From a virus: a stretch of 64,000 bases of DNA. Positions 11,028 to 21,300 of this stretch are shown here, one piece after another. How positions within the stretch are numbered: the stretch's first letter is position 1; each line of letters starts with the position of its first letter. Location of the stretch: positions 80,419 through 144,418 of the IMG/VR virus record IMGVR_UViG_3300030107_008258, one strand, 5' to 3'. The notes under the pieces are model-generated. The model ran no database searches. It was not told where the DNA came from and saw nothing but the letters and a program-made list of their open reading frames with translations. The translations under genes were made by a program, and so were the position numbers.

Positions 11028-11411
11028 TTAAGAATTAGATGGTTGAGTCACTTCAGGAAAGACATTGAAATCGCCTTTCATTAATTTTACTACAGCGCCA
11101 TTAGCGTCTTCTCCGGCTCCTGTTGGGTATCTTTCTATATCATAAACAAATTGACCCACGGGCAAGTCTACAGTTTGAGTTCCACTTAAATAAATGTCAA
11201 TTAAACCACTTATCCATGCGTCTCCATTATTTCCCGAAACAATAGTAGGCGAAAGATCTATAAGAGAAGAAGCGCTACTGTAACGATATTTAACTACTCC
11301 TCGAGCTCCATAACCGCTCAAATCTATAGCGTTTCCGTTCGTGTCCTTTACATTTAACCGAACACTTAATTCCGAACCTTGAGAAGCGTCAAAATTATAA
11401 ACCGTTGCCAT
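11028..11411 (-). CDS. Fibre attachment/adaptor-like structural protein
   Basis: QG......L...D.NG.AIDLSGY...G.YVYDIE...G...V.PEVT pattern; directly upstream of the giant fibre; late motif 11421-11426. Confidence 0.55.
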   Translation of the reverse strand: MATVYNFDASQGSELSVRLNVKDTNGNAIDLSGYGARGVVKYRYSSASSLIDLSPTIVSGNNGDAWISGLIDIYLSGTQTVDLPVGQFVYDIERYPTGAGEDANGAVVKLMKGDFNVFPEVTQPSNS

Positions 11412-11450
11412 ATAGTTTTATTACACTATATGCAGGTTTTTTTTGAAATA

Positions 11451-11816
11451 TTATCTTCCTTCTGAAAGTATTTTCATGCCTTCGGCATTTATCTTCGCAT
11501 TAGCATCCGGTTCTGTGATGGGTTTTTTATAAGCGGATACATGTTTTCTAAATTCTCGCATTAACCTTTCCCTTAACATTCCTCTATTATCAATAGGAAT
11601 AATACCTACCCTAGAAGCATGACTTTGCAGGTCTGACATGTTCATGTCGTCTAAACGCTTTTGATATTGCATGTCATCCATCGTACCATACATACTGCTT
11701 CCATCGTCTCCCCATATTTGGTCTAGAGTAGTTGCCTCAAATTTTTCTACTTTTGCATGAGTTTGAGACATTTTTTTAACAGAAGTCTTTTTTGAAGTTT
11801 TCCTTTTTGCTGCCAT
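11451..11816 (-). CDS. Hypothetical protein with basic N-terminus
   Basis: 121-aa ORF with late motif at 11843-11848. Confidence 0.6.
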   Translation of the reverse strand: MAAKRKTSKKTSVKKMSQTHAKVEKFEATTLDQIWGDDGSSMYGTMDDMQYQKRLDDMNMSDLQSHASRVGIIPIDNRGMLRERLMREFRKHVSAYKKPITEPDANAKINAEGMKILSEGR

Positions 11817-11868
11817 AATCTTATTCCTTATAGTAGTAGAAAATACACTTTTTTTCCAAAAAATAGAA

Positions 11869-11894
11869 AACCCCGACCCTTACGGGCCGGGGTT
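11869..11894 (-). terminator. Intrinsic terminator after the major capsid gene
   Basis: AACCCCGACCC-TTAC-GGGCCGGGGTT hairpin followed by a T-run on the minus strand. Confidence 0.75.
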
Positions 11895-11916
11895 GCTAAA
11901 TGTTATTTATTAGCGA

Positions 11917-13008
11917 TTATGGACGCTCAAACACTAAACCAACCAAAACACGAGCATCAAGAAGGACACGTCCTTCTTCGATACCGCCGTAAAAGCCGGT
12001 CTTGTCTTGACGTTGAGCGAATTGGTCATCCGGAAGAGCGGTGAAAGTACCACCTGTCTCAGAATTCCGAGCAACTGGACGAACCAATGCTTCACGAGAA
12101 CGATCCACACCTACAACAACCTGATCATCACCAGTAAAGGTACCTCCATAAAAGGTGCCAAACAAAGTGTTGTACTTCTGGCCATTACCGAATTCGATAA
12201 GATCAATAACATTGATACCGAAAAGGTTCTGGAATCCAGCGGTGCGATACATTTCGTCCTTCACGCCGTCTCCAACCTGCTCAGCACTAGAGCTAAACGG
12301 ATTGAAGGCAAGGTGACGGATGTCTCCTACGATCTCTGGAGAAACGAACAAGTCCGTAATTCCACGAGAATAAGGAGCAGCTGGAGTACCACCAGCATAA
12401 GAAGTATTAAGCCTCTTCATCTTTACCATCATATCGTTAAGATAAGCTAAGCTAAACTTAGCGTCACTCTCAGATGTCTTATCAACAACGTTATCGCCAG
12501 CAGAACCACTACCAGTGGCGCCTTTAGCTTCTGCAAGGCCCTTCAAAAGAACTGCCCAAGCGTTACGATCCTGCTTGACCAATACTTCGTTAGCCATACG
12601 CTCAACTGATTTGCTTACGACGTCCAAGCGACTCTTACGAGCATACTTTTTAAGGAAGCTTACCGCACTATCAAGTTTGTAAGTTGAGATTTTCAACTCA
12701 GCGTTACCTGCAATTTGAGAAGATGGAAGACCACCTGCCATTTGCTGGGACCAAATAGTAACGTAGTTATCAGTTCCACGTTGATCATAGAACAAATCTA
12801 GCGGATAACTAGGATTGTCGTCTTCATCATACTCTACGTTAGTATAAACATACGCAGCCGTATTTGCTTGATCTAGAACCTGCTGAACAACTGGTCCGAT
12901 AAAAGCGGCAAAAGCCTCTGTTGCCGGACGAGAAATATCTGGGTTCTTGGAGCCCATAGCCTTGATTAGTTCGACCTGCTCCGGAGTATTTTTAAGTTTT
13001 AATTTCAT
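11917..13008 (-). CDS. Major capsid protein
   Basis: 363 aa; follows protease/scaffold and decoration genes; AGGAG SD; downstream terminator; HK97-like C-terminal pattern (TDLFVSPE, GFYGGIEEGRVLLD). Confidence 0.75.
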   Translation of the reverse strand: MKLKLKNTPEQVELIKAMGSKNPDISRPATEAFAAFIGPVVQQVLDQANTAAYVYTNVEYDEDDNPSYPLDLFYDQRGTDNYVTIWSQQMAGGLPSSQIAGNAELKISTYKLDSAVSFLKKYARKSRLDVVSKSVERMANEVLVKQDRNAWAVLLKGLAEAKGATGSGSAGDNVVDKTSESDAKFSLAYLNDMMVKMKRLNTSYAGGTPAAPYSRGITDLFVSPEIVGDIRHLAFNPFSSSAEQVGDGVKDEMYRTAGFQNLFGINVIDLIEFGNGQKYNTLFGTFYGGTFTGDDQVVVGVDRSREALVRPVARNSETGGTFTALPDDQFAQRQDKTGFYGGIEEGRVLLDARVLVGLVFERP

Positions 13009-13026
13009 ATCAATTTTCTCCTTTTA

Positions 13027-13614
13027 TTAACCTTGGGTGAAGTCGAATTTAACCAAAACTGAACCGTCCGCATCTGGACCGCCCAAAGTTCTGCCGATTC
13101 TGTTATTAGTAGCCTTGGCTCCCAAATTGGTTACCTGACCACTACCTGTAGCGAAAACGTCTTGATCCTGAAGGATGCCTGCAGAACTAGCCCATGCACC
13201 AGTTGCCATAAGGAAAATTCCTCGTGTAGCAATTGGAACTGCCTGACCTGTTAAACTGCACTGCAATTCAGCCTGCTTACGCGGGTTGAACTTCAAAGCT
13301 TCTCCGTTTTCGTCATATTCCCGAACGTCATAAAGCATAATGCCTAGAGCAGCTTCATCAGCTCCTCCATCAGTATACTGAACGTCCGCCGCCACTCCCC
13401 ACCGTGTAGAAACGGTGTTTGCGTATCCAGCACCAACATTGCCAATTTGGCTTAGCTCATTGGTATTGCTCCAACCTGTCAAAACCTTAACACATGATCC
13501 AGCATAAACTACATCACTTGTGCCAAGTGCTTGATTGGGGTCACCAAAAGCGAACAAATTGATAACATCGTGCTCACTGTAATCCCTAAAGGGCTTTAGT
13601 CTTTCGTTTGCCAT
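13027..13614 (-). CDS. Capsid decoration/cement protein (putative)
   Basis: Between scaffold and MCP; Gly-rich beta protein with GQAVPIATRG and RIGRTLG motifs; AGGAG SD. Confidence 0.55.
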   Translation of the reverse strand: MANERLKPFRDYSEHDVINLFAFGDPNQALGTSDVVYAGSCVKVLTGWSNTNELSQIGNVGAGYANTVSTRWGVAADVQYTDGGADEAALGIMLYDVREYDENGEALKFNPRKQAELQCSLTGQAVPIATRGIFLMATGAWASSAGILQDQDVFATGSGQVTNLGAKATNNRIGRTLGGPDADGSVLVKFDFTQG

Positions 13615-13634
13615 AATGTATATCTCCTAATTAT

Positions 13635-15152
13635 TTATTTACTAAAATCGAATTGATCCATAGCAAAAGCTTTGCTATACTTTTCGAAAACCGTAGGTTC
13701 TTCAGCAGGAGAAGATGTCGGAATATTTTCCGTTTCACTTTTAGCGTTATCTACTGCATGCTCAACAACCTCCTTAACTGCAGAAGCGGAAGCTTCTGCG
13801 GGTGCTTCTTCAGCTGGTGTCTCAGCTGGTGCTTCAGCAGGAGCCTCAGCCGGAGCTGCTTCTTCTGCTGGCGCTTCCTCATCCTCATCAGAGTTAGCTT
13901 TTGAGGATAAAAGAACTGAAAGCGTTTTATCCAATTCAGTGAAAGCCTCTTCGTCAAGGTCTCGAATCTGAGAGGCGATAACCTTGCGGTCTTCGTCTGT
14001 CAATTTAAAACGCTCATCGTAAGATGCCATTCTCTGATTGAATGCTTCCAATTTTTCAGCTTCGGCTTTTTCAGCCTCAAGCTTTTCTAATTGAGCCTTA
14101 ATATCTTCCAACTGCGTCTTCAAGGAATCGTGTTCCTTGGAGAGCGTCTCGTGCTGTTCACGAGCGTCTTTCAAGGACTCCTCTTTTTCAGCTTGCTCGG
14201 AGGAATACTCCTCCGAAGCTTTCTTGAGGCTCTCCTGAATAAACTCATGAATAGCAGAAGCAGTTAGCGTTTGTAAAGACTCGTCCGTTATGTCTTTCAA
14301 GTTTTCTATTTTCATAGCTTCTACTTTCTTTGTTTTTACAGTATTATTTGTATTTTGGGAAATCGTTTCTTCCTCAAGAGACTCTTCCGCCAAAGCTTTT
14401 TGTTCAGCAACGCCATTTTCAGTAAGGACACCTTTAACATCCGCAGCTGGATTTTCGGTCAACCCTATACCTAATGGCACTACATTATTGATAACCTTTC
14501 TATAAACATTCGAGTTATCATCAAATTTTCCTTCTCCCCCAAAACCTTTAAGTTTATCCATATGTTTTTCTACTTCTTCGGGGTCAGTTATTTCAAGGGC
14601 GTTTTCTATATTCTTTTCCTCTCCCTCTAAAACGACTAAATTATATTCGCTAAAACCAAGTTCCCAACTTGCGCTAATACCCATATACTCTTCACTAGTA
14701 GGGTCACTAGAGCTTTCAATTTTATCAGCTAAAGTTTCGTTTACTACTTTCCATATAACTCCACCTAGAGTTACATTGAAAGGTTCTTTTAAATTCTTAA
14801 CTTCTTCTTTCTTTAATGGCTCATCACTTCCGAAACGAGAAAACCCTGCGGTTAAAATAGTGCCCACTACTGATTTTCGATTGTGTTCAATATTAATAGG
14901 TTTATTGACAAAGTTATCATACATTGCCACCGCTGTATCAGTATCCACCACGTCCCCATTTTTATTTACTCTGTTAGCTACAAAAGCATTAAAGGCTACG
15001 GGGAGAAGGTCTACGTTTTTTTCTACATCAACGTCAGGAAGAAACTTTTCCAGCTCTACCATTGAAGCCAGAGCTAAATATTTATCCTTTTCTTCGGAAA
15101 CTACCGGTTTGATAACCGAACTAAAAGTAGTAGTATATTTAGGTTTTTTCAT
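13635..15152 (-). CDS. Prohead protease-scaffold fusion (putative)
   Basis: N-terminal NKNGD...KPINIEHNR...ASWELGF...GIGLTENPAA protease-like domain; acidic coiled-coil and EAPA-repeat C-terminus. Confidence 0.7.
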   Translation of the reverse strand: MKKPKYTTTFSSVIKPVVSEEKDKYLALASMVELEKFLPDVDVEKNVDLLPVAFNAFVANRVNKNGDVVDTDTAVAMYDNFVNKPINIEHNRKSVVGTILTAGFSRFGSDEPLKKEEVKNLKEPFNVTLGGVIWKVVNETLADKIESSSDPTSEEYMGISASWELGFSEYNLVVLEGEEKNIENALEITDPEEVEKHMDKLKGFGGEGKFDDNSNVYRKVINNVVPLGIGLTENPAADVKGVLTENGVAEQKALAEESLEEETISQNTNNTVKTKKVEAMKIENLKDITDESLQTLTASAIHEFIQESLKKASEEYSSEQAEKEESLKDAREQHETLSKEHDSLKTQLEDIKAQLEKLEAEKAEAEKLEAFNQRMASYDERFKLTDEDRKVIASQIRDLDEEAFTELDKTLSVLLSSKANSDEDEEAPAEEAAPAEAPAEAPAETPAEEAPAEASASAVKEVVEHAVDNAKSETENIPTSSPAEEPTVFEKYSKAFAMDQFDFSK

Positions 15153-15153
15153 A

Positions 15154-15642
15154 TTAAAATTCTCTTTCTAACCTATAGTTTATAATGTTTTGAATTGACT
15201 CTTTACGTGTTTCTATATAAAGATCATTAACACTTTCAAAGTTAAATTCTAAATTAAGCTCTTTAAGCTCTTCTTTTGCTTGTGTAACATATGAATCCAT
15301 AGTGGACACATTAAAATCTTTTCCTTCCGCTACGCTTAAAAAACGATTAACGTTAGCCATACACCATGTAGGAAGATTATAGGTAGAGTTGGGCACGTAG
15401 GATTCTTCTGCGCTTTTATAAGTCTCTATTAGTGAATCGACTCGTAACTTTGCAGGACTCTTTTTTACCTTTGATTTAAAACACTTTATTAAATCAGAAG
15501 AAAAAACAATATATTCATCAATCTCAACTTCTTTACTTATAGAAGGCGAAGACTTACCATAGACATCAATCATTTTAACATTTTCCCCTTTTGGAAAGGC
15601 GTCGCCCGTAATGTCAAAATCTAGTCTGTCTAAATTACCCAT
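15154..15642 (-). CDS. Hypothetical head-associated protein
   Basis: WCMANVNRFL resembles a W.MARVN.FL motif of phage head-module proteins; first gene of the head operon. Confidence 0.45.
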   Translation of the reverse strand: MGNLDRLDFDITGDAFPKGENVKMIDVYGKSSPSISKEVEIDEYIVFSSDLIKCFKSKVKKSPAKLRVDSLIETYKSAEESYVPNSTYNLPTWCMANVNRFLSVAEGKDFNVSTMDSYVTQAKEELKELNLEFNFESVNDLYIETRKESIQNIINYRLEREF

Positions 15643-15740
15643 TGTTACTATATATTCTACACATTCTTTTACAAAAATGGAAAAAAAGAAAGCCCTAGAC
15701 CCCCGGCCTAGAGCTTCCTCACAAAGGAATTGTATTTAAA

Positions 15741-16046
15741 TTACTTCTTCCCGATAGTAACCTTTTTGTCTCCCCTACCTAAAGACACACCGGGAAATTC
15801 CCAATCGAACTTAAAATAAGGAAGCTTGAAGGTGACGCCGCTTTTGCTGCATTTGAAATCGAAAGATGCGGAAACATCTTTACCAGCACAAGCAGTTGGT
15901 AACGGGGCTTTTACCCCTAGAAAAGGAATGGTGAAATGGGGATCAGGCTTAACGCCTGCGCCAAACCACTTTTCCTTTTTACCCTCAGCTGCTGAGAGAC
16001 TAGTAGTCAATCCCAGCAGTATTATTAATGCGATAATGTTTTTCAT
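15741..16046 (-). CDS. Secreted hypothetical protein
   Basis: Signal-peptide-like N-terminus MKNIIALIILLGLTTSLSA. Confidence 0.6.
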   Translation of the reverse strand: MKNIIALIILLGLTTSLSAAEGKKEKWFGAGVKPDPHFTIPFLGVKAPLPTACAGKDVSASFDFKCSKSGVTFKLPYFKFDWEFPGVSLGRGDKKVTIGKK

Positions 16047-16050
16047 ATTA

Positions 16051-16287
16051 TTATTCGTTATCTATGTTATTCAACTCAATCCTTGCGGCTTGATCTGAAA
16101 TTGTTTTTAAAGCGTCGCGAGTAAATTCAGGGACATGTTCCCAAGCTTGTTCAATTTGCGGATGGGTCATCATCCTTTGAACTATGTTTTGGGGAACCTC
16201 AGGAATAGAAGTGACTTCAGCTTTCGTCGTTTTGCACCCGCTCACGAGAACGAGACTTAGCAGCGTTAAAAGCGCGGTCAATTTCAT
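16051..16287 (-). CDS. Lipoprotein, putative o-spanin
   Basis: MKLTALLTLLSLVLVSGC lipobox; start overlaps 16217-16432 in another frame. Confidence 0.55.
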   Translation of the reverse strand: MKLTALLTLLSLVLVSGCKTTKAEVTSIPEVPQNIVQRMMTHPQIEQAWEHVPEFTRDALKTISDQAARIELNNIDNE

Positions 16288-16432
16288 CTTGAGTATGCGT
16301 CCAATCATCTTTTACTTGCTTTTTCTCCTCTTTCTTAATTCTCGCTATTTTCTCCTCCTCCGTCAATGTTTTTTTATCTAAAACACTAAAAAAGGATTTA
16401 AGTATAGATAGAATAGAGGATAGCCAACTCAT
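16217..16432 (-). CDS. Putative i-spanin-like protein
   Basis: Hydrophobic/amphipathic N-terminus then a charged helix; between the holin-like gene and the lipoprotein. Confidence 0.45.
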   Translation of the reverse strand: MSWLSSILSILKSFFSVLDKKTLTEEEKIARIKKEEKKQVKDDWTHTQDEIDRAFNAAKSRSRERVQNDES

Positions 16433-16626
16433 TACTCAGCAGGCTTATCCGTTGTTTTAGCGGCCTCCGAAGTAACTCCTTTACGAAGGAATACTACCAT
16501 AAGGGCCGCAAAACAGCTTTGAATAGTAACTGTGAGATCTACCTCTCCAGCGAAATATGCGCCGAGAGCCGTTAAAACCGCTGCACCAGCGGTAAAATAG
16601 GTTTTTTTGCCTGAAAGTGCTTTCAT
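16432..16626 (-). CDS. Putative holin
   Basis: 64 aa, two hydrophobic segments, GKKTY start and LRKGV end; late motif 16638-16643. Confidence 0.6.
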   Translation of the reverse strand: MKALSGKKTYFTAGAAVLTALGAYFAGEVDLTVTIQSCFAALMVVFLRKGVTSEAAKTTDKPAE

Positions 16627-16651
16627 ATCAGATTATCTTACACATTGGAAA

Positions 16652-17158
16652 TTAAGTCATCCACTTTTTTTTGATCTTCTCAATATACTCATAACTATCA
16701 GAAATAGCTTCTACATAGTCTTTTCCTTTATACTGAACAAAAGAATCCATTGTATATTTTAAAATTTTATGGACTTGAGGGGCTGACATTTGAGCCGCCA
16801 TATCATCTGAGAAAAAAGAGGCTAATGTGAAAAAATACTGAGCGTTTTCCTCTGTATGCTTTCGCGGCACTTTAGTCTTTATTCGTTTAGCCATCATAAT
16901 CTGAGGATAAAAAACTCCTAGAAAATCAGAAATATAATTTTTATATTTTTGATCTATAGTTTTAGCCTCTTTATTCACTAATAATTTAATAAAAAGGGGA
17001 AAGGACAATTCAATCAGCTCTTTTCGAGTGAGTCTTTTAGTGCCGAGTTGCTCTAAAACTAAATCACCATCTCCTTTTTCCTCGAAAAGAAGATGGGTTC
17101 TTTCCTTACTCAATTTTGTTTTCTTGCTCAGAAAACTAATGTCGCTGACCGTCAGCAT
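16652..17158 (-). CDS. Hypothetical protein
   Basis: ORF; ATG at 17158 chosen because the upstream 140 nt look like structured RNA. Confidence 0.55.
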   Translation of the reverse strand: MLTVSDISFLSKKTKLSKERTHLLFEEKGDGDLVLEQLGTKRLTRKELIELSFPLFIKLLVNKEAKTIDQKYKNYISDFLGVFYPQIMMAKRIKTKVPRKHTEENAQYFFTLASFFSDDMAAQMSAPQVHKILKYTMDSFVQYKGKDYVEAISDSYEYIEKIKKKWMT

Positions 17159-17313
17159 AATAAAGTGGCTCACCCTTTTGTTTTTTTTGCTACCGTCGCC
17201 GCCAACTGGGTGAGGCTCTACTCGCTCGCAATGAGCCAAGTAGCAATAGGTTGCGTCAGCTTTGATTTAAGGTAGCTCAAGTTGCAACTACTACTTTTAA
17301 ATTACACTATTGT

Positions 17314-17342
17314 TTGACATATTTCTAAATTACCGCTAAAAT
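17314..17342 (+). promoter_or_regulatory. sigma70-type promoter of the glycosyltransferase
   Basis: TTGACA-17 nt-TAAAAT, ATG 8 nt downstream (leaderless-type). Confidence 0.7.
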
Positions 17343-17350
17343 AATTACGC

Positions 17351-18004
17351 ATGAAGAATATTGTTTTTGCGATTCCGGGTAGGGAGTTTTCAGGAAATTT
17401 TTTACAGTGTTGGACTGACACGGTTTTAAAATGTATGAAGAACGGAATCAACCCATTGCTTTCTAATAGGTTTTCTTCAATGGTAAGTTATGCACGATGC
17501 CTGTGTCTTGGTGCTGATGTAAGACGAGGTATTCATCAGGCGCCATTTGATGGCAAAATCGATTACGAATATATAATGTGGATTGACTCGGATATAGTTT
17601 TTAGCTTCGATCAAATTCAAAAATTAATTTCCTACGATAAAGATATTGTATCAGGCATTTACAAAACCGAGAACGGGCAAAGCTTCGCCTGTGTCAAAGA
17701 CTGGGATCAAGATTTTTACAGAAAGCATGGGTCATTTTATTTTCTGCAGCAAGAGGACGTAGTAAATCATCGCGGCCTTATGGAAGTCGATTATAATGGC
17801 ATGGGTTTTATGTTAATTAAAAAAGGAGTATTTGAAAAAGTTGAGTACCCATGGTTTTGCCAACTTAAAAAACAAATTGGTGACCTAGAAGATTACTGCT
17901 CCGAAGATGTTGCCTTTTGTCACCTTGCAAAAAAAGCTGGATTTAAAATTTTTATTGATCCACAAATTGTTGTGGGTCACGAGAAAATGAGGATACTAAC
18001 TTGA
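17351..18004 (+). CDS. GT-A fold (GT2-like) glycosyltransferase
   Basis: YIMWIDSDIVF DxD motif, GMGFMLIKKGVFEK, SEDVAFC, VGHEK. Confidence 0.8.
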   Translation: MKNIVFAIPGREFSGNFLQCWTDTVLKCMKNGINPLLSNRFSSMVSYARCLCLGADVRRGIHQAPFDGKIDYEYIMWIDSDIVFSFDQIQKLISYDKDIVSGIYKTENGQSFACVKDWDQDFYRKHGSFYFLQQEDVVNHRGLMEVDYNGMGFMLIKKGVFEKVEYPWFCQLKKQIGDLEDYCSEDVAFCHLAKKAGFKIFIDPQIVVGHEKMRILT

Positions 18005-18367
18005 TTTAGGGTACGTAGCTTTTACGCCACTACAGCTCTGAAACCATTGAGAGCTCTTAGCGCTTTCGCCGAAAACTCCTGACTGTATATCCCAATAAAG
18101 CATATCTAATTGATCCGAAACTGGGGCATACCCTGACACCGCTTCAACTCGTTGATTTCTATACTGCGCGGCTTCTATTTCTGCTTCTATAATATCCCAC
18201 GTAGACTCAAACTCTTCCTTTGATTTTAAGGGCGCGTTTCCCGTAGGCCAATTGGCAGCTAGGTCTTCGTATGTATTGTCACTAGTTGAACAAGGACCCC
18301 ACCATGTTTTAGGTCCGACATAATATCCCAATCTTCTTAGGACAAGTGGTAAATGCATTTTTCCCAT
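17996..18367 (-). CDS. Tail-fibre-associated small protein
   Basis: YRNQR...Y.PV.DQLDMLYWD...VKATYPK motif typical downstream of fibres. Confidence 0.65.
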   Translation of the reverse strand: MGKMHLPLVLRRLGYYVGPKTWWGPCSTSDNTYEDLAANWPTGNAPLKSKEEFESTWDIIEAEIEAAQYRNQRVEAVSGYAPVSDQLDMLYWDIQSGVFGESAKSSQWFQSCSGVKATYPKSS

Positions 18368-18386
18368 AATTATTTATATCTGTTTA

Positions 18387-21300
18387 TCAAGCTACTCTCC
18401 AAATTTGTACACTAACATAAGTGTCGTAATCGTAATCTATTCCTGCAGTAGGAGATTGAGTACCACCTTCTAAAGGTCTTCCTCCTCCATAAGTGTTTGT
18501 CTCGGCAGTGTTCGCCCAGTGGTAAGCTATTACCTCGTGACCGTTCGTGGTAATAGCGAAAGTACCTTCGGACATAGCCACTGCTGGATTCGAAGGTGAA
18601 GTACCTTTAGTGCTCATAGGGGCTGTCAGCAATAAAGTATTACCGGTAGTTACGTTGGCTAAATTAATTTGTTGTTCATCTATATCGTAAGCTACAGCCC
18701 AAACTCTAGCGTAATAAGTTCCCGCTTGGAGACTGATCTTATTACTACTTAAGGAAGCCCAAGCACTACCGGTGGTATAATTGTTTACAACAGTAGTATT
18801 TAAAATTCTAGTGTTCCATTGTCCCCCAGAAAGAGCCCCTCCTGAACTTCCGTCATCATAACGTTGAGCAAATAATGCGTAGTCACCATAATTTAAGAGA
18901 CCTCCTGCCCATTCAGCTGTTCCCGCGCTTGCATACGCTAAGAATTTAAGGTCGGCGCCATCTGCTGGTATATGTTTATAGCCGTTTGCAGTGCTGTGCG
19001 TTATTGTTCCGCTAGTGGTTATAGTGCCGCCGGTTATAGCGCCAGAAGTTGCCACTGAAGTAACTGTACCACTTCCTCCGCTTACTGTAGCCCATGTATT
19101 ATCTCCTCTTAAATAGGTAGAAGAACTAGCTGTCCCCGAACCTAATCGAGCAGTGGGAACTGTCCCCGAGCCTAAATTACTTGCATTTAAACTGGTTAAG
19201 CTCGCGCCGCTTCCACTAAATGTCGTAGCAGTGGCCGTGCCGGTAATAGTGACCCCTCCAGTATTAGATATTGACAACACGTTTGTGCCGCCACTGATTG
19301 CCGTGGCTCTTGCACCCAAATAATTAATGTTAAATGAATTTGGATTAGCGTCAGCAAATATGCCCCAAGTTTTATCCGCACTGCCAGAACTTGCGTGGAT
19401 CTGTAGCCCGCCCTCACGAGTTGTTCCGTCAATTGTCGTTGGGCCAAAATTGGCATAAACTGTAGCACTAGCCGTATTGTCAATTACGGATAACGGATTG
19501 GTGGGGTCATTTGTTCCTATACCAACTAACTTACTGTTAGTGATTGACATTGAAGGGACGCTAGAACTTCCTGTAAAAAATTCTAAAGTATTCTCACCTG
19601 TCGCTCCGTCATTACCAATCTCGGCCCAGTTATTATTAGAATCATTAGCGATTTTATAACGAAGGTTTGTGGCACCACGTAACGTCATGTTACCTTTTAC
19701 TTCGAGTAACTCTGACGGTGCATTTGTTCCTATGCCAACATTACCGTCACCCTGAATGGTCATCTGATCTGTGCCCTGCAGATCAAAATGCAGGGTAGCA
19801 TTCGTATACAATCTACTTATATAAGCGTGTTCAGCATTTTCGGAATCATACTTAATTTCCAATGCGCTGTTACTTGCCTTCCCTCTTCCTAATTTTAGAG
19901 CCGCTACATAATTGTTCCCACTTGGAGAAGTTCCGCTATAAAAATCAACTTGTTTTTGAGAGGCAAAATATATATTAAGGGCAGACCCCGGACCAGTTGT
20001 TCCTATACCAACATTACCGTCGCCAATAATCCGCATTGATTCCCCCGTATCGCCAGTAACAATTGCCAACTCTGAATCATCGGCTCCGCTATCGATACTA
20101 ACAATACGGCACCCACCTACACTTGATGACCTATTACGTAAAAGAAGTTGCGAAAACGATCCAGCCGTTGTGGATTCGTTGTTAATCATTAAGGTTGAAC
20201 CCTCATCTCGTTGATGACTCGCTTGACTTGCGTCATAAACGGTATTATCGGAGTTGCTTACCATTAACTTACCGCCATTAGTAGTTGCGGACCCTATAAG
20301 AACTTGGCCTCCGTCTACGAATTTTACATGTTGAGTTATACCAGTTTCTACAAATTTAAGTCCGCCGTCATAGGCCATGTACCATTCCTGCCCACCTGTA
20401 TCATGAAAGTATAGAAGATTACTAGTAGTTGCGTTTGCTCCTCCTATTATCACGTCGTCATCAAAAGCTGTAGTGCTTCCCGAATACGACGTAATAGAAT
20501 TTACTGTAAGATTCCCAGTAACGCTAGTAGTAGGGGCATCCAGAACTACCTGCGAACCACTATGGCCATTCTTAATAGTTAGATGTGTATTTCCGCTGGA
20601 CCCATATCCCATCCATCCTTTTTCAGCTCCCGCTGAATCGAGAAAACTAACATACCCCACCTGAGAAGCGCCAGTGTGGTCGGTGTCCTTCATTATTAGT
20701 ATAGGGGAACCAGTATTTATTTGAACTTGGGTAGCATATGCTGTGGTACAAGCCATAGTCCCTGCGAATGTGGCGTTTTGTGATGCATTTATAGTCAAGG
20801 CGGCTGTGCCGCCGTTAGTGCGGAGAATCCATTGGTTTCCCGCGCCATAAACGGTTTGGTAAACGTCATTAGCCCCATCTAATTCTGTGCGGAATATGTT
20901 TGTTCCACCTTGGGATAGATCAATTGCAGGATTGGTGCCAGAGACCTCTAATTGAACTGTAGGATCAGTTGTTCCTATGCCGACATAGCCATTGTTCAAC
21001 ATTGATACTTTGTGCGTAGCGCCGTAACCGAAACGTAATGCGGTTGAATCATCAGCTAATATATGATAATAATCTCCCCCAGATATATCTCCATTAACTC
21101 CATCCAACCAAATGACTGCGCCATTAGACCACTCTCCCAAAGAAACTGAGCTACTTCCTTCCCATACCATTAGCTGCTGCGTTGGATCATTTGTTCCTAT
21201 ACCAACCTCGCCATCGGAATTAATAGTTAACTTAGCATCGCTATTCTCTACGTTGTCGTCATTGGCTGTGTTTTCAGTAGCGAAAATCAGCGAACCTCGT

